The notes under the pieces: model-generated
What the model saw: the letters and a program-made list of their open reading frames with translations, nothing else
Told to the model about the DNA's origin: nothing
The model's database searches: none
NCBI GenBank assembly: GCA_047495785.1
Contig: JBLDXI010000064.1
Coordinates: forward strand, 372,001-436,000
Source of the DNA: Lepidodermella squamata
Lineage: Eukaryota; Animalia; Gastrotricha
DNA: 64,000 bases
Direction of reading: 5' to 3'
Position numbers and translations under genes: made by a program
Shown: one piece after another, positions 1-11,433 of the stretch
Numbering within the stretch: the first letter of the stretch is position 1
Layout: each line of letters opens with the position of its first letter

Positions 1-1071
1 CAGTAGCAGTTGGCTGGCGGCATATTGCGCAAAGTAGGTCATTCTCTTGCCAATAAGGGCCCGTTCTCAGAGTGCGATCACGGAGTTGCCAGGGATGGAC
101 AGGGATTTTTGTCCATCTCTGGCTTCAAGAACACAATATCGTCTTAACGCGAATATCCTATTTTTCGTTGTGTTCCGAGAGCTCGAACAAATCTTTCAGC
201 GATTATGAGCTGGCGTGCGCCGATTTAGGGTGTGAACTTTCACCCGAATTGATCCACTTCGATCATAAATTGCTAGATATTGCAAGCTTAGACTCAAAAT
301 GTATTGCGGTGATTCTGAAAAATCTCAAATAAATGGAAAAAAGTTCAAAAATTATTTCTATTCTCAAAAACTGCTGGAGGAGATACTCGCCTTGATCGGC
401 GAAGTTTCCCTTGCCTTTTCGAGATAAAAAGACGAGAGGGTCAAATTTCCTGGGCGAAATTAAATAATAAGATCAATAAAAATTGAATAAGATTATATCT
501 TATATCACTGGGCATTGATGCATTTCAGCTAGAATATCCGAAATTCCGAGGAAGCTGGACCTTCAAGTACGATCTTACAAAAATTGCTCGATGGAGTATT
601 CTCGCGGCCTCTCTGATCCAGTCAACATCACCGATTCGAAAATGTGTTTAGCCGCCGATGGCAGCGATGTTTGCTTCGGAGATTCTGGGGGTCCTCTCAT
701 GTGCTCGAAGTCGAGGAAAACTTTCCTACTAGGCATAATTTCGAATGGTGATGATGATTCGTGCAATGGATCCACGCCTGGGATGTACAGCAGAGTTTGC
801 AAGGTTCTCGATTGGATCACGGAAAACACAGATGTTGGCGGCCAGACGACTACTTGTATTGTCCCTACCGTAACAGCAGGATTTGTAACGCGAGTGGACC
901 AAGAAACTTCGGAAGATACCGGCGTAGTTCTGAAGCCAGGATCAGTGGTGGAAAGAGGCGGGTCCGTGAGTGTCAAATGCAACCCCGGTTATGCCTACTC
1001 TGCCTTTGTGTCAACCGCCTCTTGCTTGCCTCCATTCCGCCCAGCGATAGCTGGCAGGTGCAACCCTACAA
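1..1071 (+). CDS. Trypsin-like (S1) serine protease, C-terminal part, followed by a first sushi/CCP-like module; 5'-partial; exons <1-33 and 529-1071
   Basis: Catalytic-Ser motif SDVCFGDSGGPLMC, followed by LLGIISNG and PGMYSRV..LDWI. Upstream exon reads VAVGW. A phase-1 GT(34)..AG(528) intron joins the frames. C-terminal C..VSVKCNPGY..C..C pattern is CCP-like. Confidence 0.85.
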
Positions 1072-1118
1072 GTAAGTGAATGTTGTATTTAAAGCATTAT
1101 CTAAAGCATTCAGTCAAG

Positions 1119-1294
1119 GCTGCGATGCTGTTGGCACAATACAAAATGGCAACATATCTCCTGGTCTGTCGAGCGTCGGAGCTACCCGAAACATATCCTG
1201 CAATCAGGAATTTGTGATTCGAGGAAATGCTTCAATAGTGTGCCTCTCAAACTTCACTTGGTCCCGACCAGGTTCCTGTGTGACTAGGCTACCT
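1119..1294 (+). CDS. Sushi/CCP-domain exon of the same gene
   Basis: CDAVGTIQNG...SCNQEFVIRGNASIVCLSNFTWSRPGSC fits the CCP C..NG..C..F...G...C....W....C pattern. Intron 1072(GTAAGT)-1118(AG) is phase-compatible; donor GTAAGT follows at 1295. Confidence 0.75.
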
Positions 1295-1413
1295 GTAAGT
1301 TTTCTATTTATTTCAAGCTTTCAACTACAAGACCTTATGTCTCGATTATTCTATTAGCCATTTGAGAGGTTTCATTTAGGGGAATTTATTGAGGGAACTT
1401 CTACTACATTTAG

Positions 1414-1860
1414 ATCCGTGAAGTGTACGCAGAATTGTGGAATCTAACAGCCGAGACGGACGACGTGGCGCAGGTTCGGCAACTAGTTTCGGAGATTGAC
1501 GATTCCACTGGTGGCAAGTTCGATCCAAATTGGCGCAACCCAAATGTATCACATTGCGATAAGTCGACTACAAAGAACAGCACCCTGTTATACAGTGTCT
1601 GGCTGTGTTCTGGTCGAGAATCAGACGCGCAGCTGGAAATTGCTCGGCTGCTGTTGGATCGCGGAGCTGATGTGAATGCCAAGGAGGGAAGCTACGGCAT
1701 GACGCCGTTGATTGCAGCGGCTAATAACGGGGATCTCGATGGAGCTCGACTGTTGCTGGATCGCAACGCTGCCATCGAGGCCACTAGTAGCGATGGCTTC
1801 ACTGCGTTGATATATGCCGCTGCATTTGGGAAAGTCGAGATGGTTCGCCTGTTGCTGGAT
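1414..1860 (+). CDS. Ankyrin-repeat coding segment 1, interrupted at LLLD by an element
   Basis: LEIARLLLDRGADVNAK..YGMTPLIAAA..GDLDGARLLLDRNAAIEA..DGFTALIYAAAFGKVEMVRLLLD are canonical ankyrin repeats. Acceptor TTTAG at 1413 is in frame with the 1295 donor. Confidence 0.9.
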
Positions 1861-2500
1861 GGTTGCGCACCAAAGGTCCCACAGGGACGGAGTCCCCAAT
1901 AAGCGATAGAGTACGGCGCATCAGCTACTGCTGATGCGGAAGGGGTTATAGGAAATTTTGGGGAAACTCCTAGGGAAACTCCTGTGATAGCTGTAAAATT
2001 CCAAAAAATACCAAAAAATCGGCCATGTTTCAAAACCTCCAATAACTTTTCTTCAAACATAGCGAACAAACTACTGATTTTTAAACAATTAAAAACCAAA
2101 AAATCGCTCTTCCGGTTACGCAATTGCGCAACTACCTTGACCTAACGGCGTAAGGTCACCGTAGCCGGTCGCCACCACCGCGCGCTGTCGCGCGCGCACA
2201 CGACCACACACGCGTAATCACCGGCGCTCATTATAACCGCGCGCACCTGTGGCTGCGCAACTGCGCCATTCTTTTTATTGTATCGCCGTTAAAAACTTTT
2301 TATGAATTACCGGCTGCCTCCCTCCCCCGGGGGAGGGAGGCATCAGTTATCTTTCTTAAAGAACATGATATTTATCTCCGGTTTGGAGGGTGGGGGAAAT
2401 AAAAACCGGCCGATCTTATTTCATCTATAACTTCACCAAAAATAATCCGAATTTGAAAATTTTTGCGGCAACCGGCAGCTGGTGCCCCGTTTTTCTAGAT
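1861..2500 (+). mobile_element. Single short non-autonomous Helitron-like unit (type A, 640 bp) at ankyrin site 1
   Basis: Junctions ctgGAT|GGTTGCGCACC and CCCCGTTTTTCTAGAT|cgcaac. Both ends are shared with the RepHel-coding element. Boundary is ambiguous by the 3 nt GAT. Confidence 0.9.
2315..2342. other. Perfect 28-bp GC-rich palindrome present in every type A 5' region (first copy given)
   Basis: TGCCTCCCTCCCCC|GGGGGAGGGAGGCA is self-complementary. Confidence 0.9.
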
Positions 2501-2704
2501 CGCAACGCATCTACCGAGACCAAGGGAAAGACTGGCATGACGGCTTTGATGTATGCGGCGGTAAACGCGAACGGGCGAGTCGATACGGTACAGCTGTTGC
2601 TGGATCGCAACGCTGCGATTGATGCCAAGGATAACAATGGGTTCACCGCGCTGACAATGGCAGCTTTGAATGGGAATTTCGAGGTGTTTCGTCTACTGCT
2701 GGAT
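2501..2704 (+). CDS. Ankyrin-repeat segment 2 (two repeats, 204 nt) between insertion sites 1 and 2
   Basis: RNASTETKGKTGMTALMYAA...VQLLLDRNAAIDAKDNNGFTALTMAALNGNFEVFRLLLD continues segment 1 exactly once the element is removed. Confidence 0.9.
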
Positions 2705-5265
2705 GGTTGCGCACCAAAGGTCCCACAGGGACGGAGTCCCCAATAAGCCATAGAGTACGGCGCATCAGCTACTGCTGATGCGGAAGGGGTTATAGGAAAT
2801 TTTGGGGAAACTCCTAGGGAAACTCCTGTGATAGCTGTAAAATTCCAAAAAATACCAAAAAATCGGCCATGTTTCAAAACCTCCAATAACTTTTCTTCAA
2901 ACATACCGAACAAACTACTGATTTTTAAACAATTAAAAACGAAAAAATCGCTCTTCCGGTTACGCAATTGCGCAACTACCTTGACCTAACGGCGTAAGGT
3001 CACCGGAGCCGGTCGCCACCACCGCGCGCTGTCGCGCGCGCACACGACCACACACGCGTAATCACCGGCACTCATTATAACCGCGCGCACACTGTGGCTG
3101 CGCCACTGCGCCATTCTTTTTGTTTATTGCCGTTAAAATCTTTTTATGAATTACCAGCTGCCTCCCTCCCCCGGGGGAGGGAGGCATCAGTCATCTTTCT
3201 TAAAAAACATGATATTCAACCCCGGTTTGGAGGGTGGGGGAAATAAAAACCGGCCGATCTTATTTCATCTATAACTTCACCAAAAATAATCCGATTTTGA
3301 AAATTTTTGCGGCAACCGGCAGCTGGTGCCCCGTTTTTCTAGATGGTTGCGCACCAAAGGTCCCACAGGGACGGAGTCCCCATAAGCAATAGAGTACGGC
3401 GCATCAGCCACTGCTGATGCGGATGAGGTTATAGGCCGATTCGCGGAAACTCCTAGGGAAACTCCTGTAATAGCTGTAAAATTCCTAAAAATACCAAAAA
3501 ATCGGCCATGTTTCAAAACCTCCAATGATTTTTCTTCAAACATACCGAACAAACTACTGATTTTTAAACAATTAAAAACGAAAAAATCGCTTCTTCGGTT
3601 ACGCAATTGCGCAACTACCTTGACCTAACGGCGTAAGGTCACCGTAGCCGGTCGCCACCACCGCGCGCGCTGTCGCGCGCGCACACGACCACACACGCGT
3701 AATCACCGGCGCTCATTATAACCGCGCGCACCTGTGGCTGCGCAACTGCGCCATTCTTTTTATTGTATCGCCGTTAAAAACTTTTTATGAATTACCGGCT
3801 GCCTCCCTCCCCCGGGGGAGGGAGGCATCAGTTATCTTTCTTAAAAAACATGATATTTCGCTCCGGTTTGGAGGGTGGGGGAAATAAAAACCGGCCGACC
3901 TTATTTCAACAATAACTTCACCAAAAATAATCCGATTTTGAAAATTTTTGCGGCAACCGGCAGCTGGTGCCCCGTTTTTCTAGATGGTTGCGCACCAAAG
4001 GTCCCACAGGGACGGAGTCCCCAATAAGCGACAGAGTACGGCGCATCAGCGACTGCTGATGCAGAAGGGGTTATGGCCGCTTTGGAATACCTTGCTAGGG
4101 AAATTCCTGTGATACATGTAGAAATTCTAAAAATACCGAAAAATCGGGCAGACTTTCAAGTGGCAGGTAGAAACTTTCCATTTATGCCGCATCAATTGCT
4201 GATTTTTAAAAAATTGAAAACGAATAAATCGCTTCTTTTATTACGCAATTGCGTAACTACCTTGACCTAACGGCGCTAGGTCACCGGAGCCGGTCGCCAC
4301 CGCCGCGCGCTCTCGCGCGCGCACACGACACCTCTTGCGTAATCACCGGCGCTCTATTGTTAACTCACCAGCGCTGTGGCAGCGCTAACAGCGCAACTGG
4401 TATTGGCGCTCGAAACTTTTTATATGCCGTTAAAAACTTTTTATGAATTACCAGCTGCCTCCCTCCCCCGGGGGAGGGAGGCATCAGTCATCTTTCTTAA
4501 AAAACATGATATTCAACCCCGGTTTGGAGGGTGGGGGAAATAAAAACCGGCCGATCTTATTTCATCAATATCTTCATCAAAAATAATCCGAATTTGAAAA
4601 TTTTTGCGGCAACCGGCAGCTGGTGCCCCGTTTTTCTAGATGGTTGCGCACCAAAGGTCCCACAGGGACGGAGTCCCCAATAAGCGATAGAGTACGGCGC
4701 ATCAGCTACTGCTGATGCGGAAGGGGTTATAGGAAATTTTGGGGAAACTCCTAGGGAAACTCCTATGATAGCTGTAAAATTCCAAAAAATACCAAAAAAT
4801 CGGCCATGTTTCAAAACCTCCAATAACTTTTCTTCAAACATAGCGAACAAACTACTGATTTTTAAACAATTAAAAACGAAAAAATCGCCGCTTCAGTTAC
4901 GCAACTACCTTGACCTAACGGCGTAAGGTCACCGGAGCCGGTCGCCACCACCGCGCGCGCGCACACGGCCACACACGCGTAATCACCGGCACTCATTATT
5001 ACCGCGCGCACACTGTGGCTGCGCCACTGCGCCATTCTTTTTGTTTATTGCCGTTAAAAACTTTTTATGAATTACCGGCTGCCTCCCTCCCCCGGGGGAG
5101 GGAGGCATCAGTTATCTTTCTTAAAAAACATGGTATTTAACTCCGGTTTGGAGGGTGGGGGAAATAATAACCGGCCGACCTTATTTCATCAATAACTTCA
5201 CCAAAAATAATCCGATTTTGAAAATTTTTGCGGCAACCGGCAGCTGGTGCCCCGCTTTTCTAGAT
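2705..5265 (+). mobile_element. Four head-to-tail type A units (2705-3344, 3345-3985, 3986-4641, 4642-5265) at ankyrin site 2
   Basis: Repeated TTCTAGAT|GGTTGCGCACC junctions; the units are non-identical subtypes. Confidence 0.9.
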
Positions 5266-8200
5266 GATTGCGCGAACCAACCCGATAGGGTTCCCCTAGC
5301 GGCGGAGCCGCAGCCTGAACCGGAGGTCCAGCGCCTCTCTCTCAACTTCGCCGGTCGAGGCGACTATGGTAGAGGCGTTTTGCGCTGGACGAAAAACAAA
5401 CCTAGGGAATTTTAACGATAAAAATATGGAAAAATAAGTCGTAGATAGATCTTTTTTCGAAGTTATGGACAAACTTTTTTTTGCAAGTTTCACCATACGG
5501 CTGATTTTTGGCGATTTTTTATTCATAAAAAAAATGGAGAACTGCTCATTAATATTCATGAGCTGCTTACGCCGCCGTCTGGGTCACGGATACCGGCACC
5601 CTCATGACCGAGGTTGATTGCATCACACGCGAGAGCCAGGTCGTTGCGGCGCGTCTCTTCGAAATTTCAATTTAAAACCAGTTTGGCGGCCCTCCCTGGG
5701 GGGAGGGCTGCATCAGTGACATTCTGCTAAAAATTCTGCATCGAACAGTCTAAATTTTGTTGATAGGCGATGAACGGTTGATTTTCTATCGAATTTACAA
5801 GTTGCGCGTACATGAAAAAGTGGCGCTCACTCACTGTGTGTGAAATTTTCAAGGCGCGTGTGACACCCAGATAGGTGCATAATTTGTCGTGACAAATTCG
5901 GATTTTTAGATACTAGGAAGGACGGCCGATTTTTTGGTACCAAAACCGCCGTAAGATTCGCAAGATTTCCTTTGACTATAGCGTTTGGCGCGCGATTGAT
6001 TTTTAGTAAAATTAAAAATTTCAATTTTGTCGAGTTTCGTCAATTTTTTTTGACACCTCACCCTGGTAGCGCTCATGTTTGAATGCACGTAGAATGTAGC
6101 AAATTTTGCGCTGAATTTTTAGAGACCAACCTCGTCATTGTAACCCTCATGGTTGTTGCACTATAAGAGGCGCGGTAAATCGCATTTTTCAACCCATTTT
6201 TAGTGCGCGGCGGCGCTCACACACACACTCAGGGTCGATTTCGGTCAAATATTGAGCACGTGCAGTAGTCTTGTGCGCACATACAAATCATTCAGTCCGA
6301 CGTAAAATTTCAAGACGAATCGAACGAGACCACGCCCATCGTCGTAGCACTCACAGTTATTTGCCTATAGAAGGCGCGGTCTATCCACCTTAAAATTTCA
6401 AAATTTCGATGTTTTTGTGATTTTTTCGCGACAGTTTGGAAGAGTCCCTGTGTAATAATGCAACTATTTCTAGTACAAAAATTGACGGGCTTTCGAGCGG
6501 TGAAAACCGCATGTCACCACCTATAACGGTTGTTTGCCTATAAGCCTCGCGGTGAAATGTGAGATAAAAATCAAAGCAAGTACATTTCGAAATTTCGCTT
6601 TTATATTTACGGGTCATATTTCGCTGCGACTTCATTGACGAATTTTCATGAGACATAAGTTATTCGGGGCGTTCTACTTGACGGTACATGCCTCACATTC
6701 ATAAGACACACCTATTTGATGCCACGCCCAAGCCAAAGTCAATTTTTATATATTTTGTTGACCAACTTTGCAATCTCATGTTCCTCATTTTCTTCATTCC
6801 CGCTGTTATATAAATGATTCTAACGCTTAGAGCATAGTAGGCTGGCCAATTAAAGACCAGGCTGGTCGTTTTAGCCCTTTTATTTATGGAGCTACTTATT
6901 TATCGCGCGGTAAAATATCAATTTTTTCGGCTATCGTCAATTTTTTTGACACCTCACCCGCGTAGCGCTCGTATTTGAATGACCCTAGATTGTAGCAAAT
7001 TTTGCGCAGAATTTTTAGAGACCAGCCGCGTCATTGTAGCCCACATGGTTGTTGCACTATAAGAGGCGCGGCAAATCGCGTTTTTCAGCCGATTTTTAGT
7101 GCGCAGCGGCGCTCACACACGCACTCACACGCACTTTCTGTCAAATTTGAAACACATGCAGCAGTGTTGTGCGCACATACCCGTTACACAGGCCGACGTA
7201 GAATTTCAAGACGAACCGAACAAGACTAAGCCCATCTTCGTAGCCCTCATAGTTATTTGCCTATAGTAGGCGCGGTAGAACTTGTTTTGATCCAACTTAA
7301 AACTTGAAATTTCGAGATTTCGACGTTTTTGTGAATTTTTTCGCGACAATACAGAAGCGACCGGGCGTAATGTAATAGCCATATCTAGTACAACATTTCA
7401 CGGGCTATCCACGGGTGAAAACCGCAAGCCGATATCAGCTGCCGTTTTTTGCCCGTAAGCCTCGCGGTAAAATTTGAGATAAAAAACAAGCCCTATCAAT
7501 TTCAAAATATCACTTCTGCAGTTCTGGGTCATATTCTAATGCGAGTTCAGTGGCGAATTTTCATGAGAAATGGGTAATTCGAGGAGCTCTATCGAACGGT
7601 AAATGTCTCATCTTGACAAGGCGCACCCATTTGACAGCACACCCTTTTCTAAGGTCAAAATTTGAACGGGGCCGCGCTTGCATAAAAACAAGTTTCACTC
7701 AAGTATCGCATATCATTCGATAGCCTGTGTTATTCAGGCTTTCATGGGAGTGGTTATTTGTTAAAACAATAAAGTTTGACGCCGCAATTGACCAAAAACT
7801 GATATTTGACATTCGATTTCCCGCCGATCAGGCGCCCGTAATTTTTCCTCATGTTTATTTTGAAAACTAATTTTTTTTATTTTTTCATCATGGTTCAAAT
7901 TGAGTTATAAGCCTGTTTCCCCGTTTTTAGCCCACTTCAAGGTAGCAAAGCACCTCGTTATTACTTGTGAATAATGAAACCATATTGAGGGTAATGAAAG
8001 TGTGCGCCGCCGCGGTTAGCCAGACCATGACCCAGATAGCCAGTTAACCGAGTCACACGACGTAGATAGAGTTATTGGGACATCAATCCCGGTTGCTGCC
8101 ATTCTCGAGGGAATATTGAAGATTGGGGAGGGGCGAAAAGTTCCCCTCCAAGATGGCTAGGAGGGGAATTTCAAGGGGTAGTGATTTAAACCGACTCAAC

Positions 8201-8268
8201 CATTCATGCTCAGCGCAAAGGTGCCAAAACGAACCAAATTAATGTCCTAGCATGGTTTTTTACTGGAT
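5266..8268 (+). mobile_element. Type B non-autonomous element (~3.0 kb) with two diverged ~0.9 kb internal repeats
   Basis: Starts GATTGCGCGAACC, ends TTTTTTACTGGAT. Recurs at 53567 and 61752. Internal repeats start near 6040 and 6935 (gtcaatttttttgacacctcaccc). No credible ORF. Confidence 0.85.
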
Positions 8269-8924
8269 GGTTGCGCACCAAAGGTCCCACAGGGACGAAG
8301 TCCCCAATAAGCGACAGAGTACGGCGCATCAGCGACTGCTGATGCAGAAGGGGTTATGGCCGCTTTGGAATACCTTGCTAGGGAAATTCCTGTGATACAT
8401 GTAGAAAATCTAAAAATACCGAAAAATCGGGCAGGCTTTCAAGTGGCGGGTAGAAACTTTCCATTTTTGCCGCATCAATTGCTGATTTTTAAAAAATTAA
8501 AAACGAAAAAATCGCATTATTTATTACGCAATTGCGTAACTACCTTGACCTAACGGCGCTAGGTCACCGGAGCCGGTCGCCACTGCCGCGCGCTCTCGCG
8601 CGCGCACACGACACCTCTTGCGTAATCACCGGCGCTCTATTGTTAACTCACGCGCTCCGTGGCAGCGCTAATAGCGCAACTGGTAGTGGCGCTCGAAACT
8701 TTTTATATGCCGTTAAAAACTTTTTATGAATTACCGGCTGCCTCCCTCCCCCGGGGGAGGGAGGCATCAGTTATCTTTCTTAAAAAACGTGATATTTAAC
8801 TCCGGTTTGGAGGGTGGGGGAAATAAAAACCGGCCGACCTTATTTCATCAATAACTTCACCAAAAATAATCCGAATTTGAAAATTTTTGCGGCAACCGGC
8901 AGCTGGTGCCCCGTTTTTCTAGAT
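8269..8924 (+). mobile_element. Type A unit, last copy at ankyrin site 2
   Basis: ACTGGAT|GGTTGCG start and TTCTAGAT|cgcaaa end. Absent from the inverted copy at ~58.1 kb. Confidence 0.9.
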
Positions 8925-9026
8925 CGCAAAGCTTCCACGGAAGTCAAAAATAGCAGAGGCTACACTACGTTGATGACTGTTGCAACTGAGAGCGTGCCAG
9001 TTGAAATTCTACAACTTTTGCTAGAT
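8925..9026 (+). CDS. Ankyrin-repeat segment 3 (one repeat, 102 nt) between insertion sites 2 and 3
   Basis: RKASTEVKNSRGYTTLMTVATESVPVEILQLLLD continues segment 2 in frame. Confidence 0.8.
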
Positions 9027-10973
9027 GGTTGCGCACCAAAGGTCCCACAGGGACGAAGTCCCCAATAAGCGACAGAGTACGGCGCATCAGCGACTGCTGA
9101 TGCAGAAGGGGTTATGGCCGCTTTGGAATACCTTGCTAGGGAAATTCCTGTGATACATGTAGAAAATCTAAAAATACCGAAAAATCGGGCAGGCTTTCAA
9201 GTGGCGGCTAGAAACTTTCCATTTTTGCCGCATCAATTGCTGATTTTTAAAAAATTAAAAACGAAAAAATCGCATTATTTATTACGCAATTGCGTAACTA
9301 CCTTGACCTAACGGCGCTAGGTCACCGGAGCCACTGCCGCGCGCTCTCGCGCGCGCACACGACACCTCTTGCGTAATCACCGGCGCTCTATTGTTAACTC
9401 ACGCGCTCCGTGGCAGCGCTAATAGCGCAACTGGTAGTGGCGCTCGAAACTTTTTATATGCCGTTAAAAACTTTTTATGAATTACCGGCTGCCTCCCTCC
9501 CCCGGGGGAGGGAGGCATCAGTTATCTTTCTTAAAAAACGTGATATTTAACTCCGGTTTGGAGGGTGGGGGAAATAAAAACCGGCCGACCTTATTTCATC
9601 AATAACTTCGCCAAAAATAATCCGAATTTGAAAATTTTTGCGGCAACCGGCAGCTGGTGCCCCGTTTTTCTAGATGGTTGCGCACCAAAGGTCCCACAGG
9701 GACGAAGTCCCCAATAAGCGACAGAGTACGGCGCATCAGCGACTGCTGATGCAGAAGGGGTTATGGCCGCTTTGGAATACCTTGCTAGGGAAATTCTTGT
9801 GATACTTGTAGAAAATCTAAAAATACCGAAAAATCGGGCAGGCTTTCAAGTGGCGGCTAGAAACTTTCCATTTTTGCCGCATCAATTGCTGATTTTTAAA
9901 AAATTAAAAACGAAAAAATCGCATTATTTATTACGCAATTGCGTAACTACCTTGACCTAACGGCGCTAGGTCACCGGAGCCGGTCGCCACTGCCGCACAC
10001 GACACCTCTTGCGTAATCACCGGCGCTCTATTGTTAACTCACGCGCTCCGTGGCAGCGCTAATAGCGCAACTGGTAGTGGCGCTCGAAACTTTTTATATG
10101 CCGTTAAAAACTTTTTATGAATTACCGGCTGCCTCCCTCCCCCGGGGGAGGGAGGCATCAGTTATCTTTCTTAAAAAACGTGATATTTAACTCCGGTTTG
10201 GAGGGTGGGGGAAATAAAAACCGGCCGACCTTATTTCATCAATAACTTCACCAAAAATAATCCGATTTTGAAAATTTTTGCGGCAACCGGCAGCTGGTGC
10301 CCCGTTTTTCTAGATGGTTGCGCACCAAAGGTCCCACAGGGACGGAGTCCCCAATACAAAATGCCGCATGCCGCTTTAGCTATCGCTGCCAAGCGTATGA
10401 GGTATATGGCGGTACTGCATTTTTCGCGCAGGGAAACGAATATTTCAGTTATAAATATGAAAAAAATACTGAAAAATCGGCAAGCTTTTCAAGTCTCAGG
10501 TAAAAACTTTCCAATATAATCGCAATAATTTCTGATTTTTAAACAATTAAAAACGAAAAAATCGCTTTATGAATGACGCAACTACTTGACCTAACGGCGC
10601 TAGGTCACCGCTGCCGTACGCCACCACCGCCGCGCGCGCGTCGGTCGCGCGCGCACACGACACCTATTGCGTAATCGCCGGCGCTCTATTGTTAACTCAC
10701 GCGCTCTGTGGCAGCGCTAGGAGCGCAACAGGTAGTGGCGCTCGAAACTTTTTATATGCCGTTAAAAACTTTTTATGAATTACCAGCTGCCTCCCTCCCC
10801 CGGGGGAGGGAGGCATCAGTTATCTTTCTTAAAAAACGTGATATTTAACTCCGGTTTGGAGGGTGGGGGAAATAAAAACCGGCCGACCTTATTTCATCAA
10901 TAACTTCACCAAAAATAATCCGAATTTGAAAATTTTTGCGGCAACCGGCAGCTGGTGCCCCGTTTCTCTAGAT
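9027..10973 (+). mobile_element. Three type A units (9027-9675, 9676-10315, 10316-10973) at ankyrin site 3
   Basis: Host ttgCTAGAT|GGTTGCG followed by repeated unit junctions. Confidence 0.9.
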
Positions 10974-11433
10974 GATTGCGCACCAACGGTCCCACAGGGA
11001 CGGAGTCCCCAATAAGCGATAGAGTACGGCGCATCAGCTACTGCTGATGCGGAAGGGGTTATAGGAAATTTTGGGGAAACTCCTAGGGAAACTCCTGTGA
11101 TAGCTGTAAAATTGCAAAAAATACCAAAAAATCGGCCATGTTTCAAAACCTCCAATAACTTTTCTTCAAATATAACGAACAAACTACTGATTTTAAAACA
11201 TTTTAATACGAAAAAATCGCCTTTTCGGTTACACAATTGCGTAATTACGTTGACCTAACGGCGCTAGGTCACCGGAGCCAGTCGCCAGCGCCGCGCACAC
11301 GACCACAGAAGCGTAATCACCGGCGCTCTATTGTTACTGTGCGCACACTGTGGTTACGCCGTTGAAAACAATTTAACTATGACAAGCTGCCTCCCTCCCC
11401 GGGGGGAGGGAGGCATGAAGAACAAGGAAGTCA

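Noticed and set aside
2138-2200. tRNA- or SINE-like head in type A (TGACCTAACGGCGTAAGGTCA hairpin)
   Set aside because: Only a single stem-loop; no cloverleaf, no clear B box, no A-rich tail.
1861-10973. CRISPR-like repeat/spacer array
   Set aside because: Repeats are ~640-bp transposon units, the 'spacers' are in-frame host ankyrin segments, there are no cas genes, and the context is eukaryotic.
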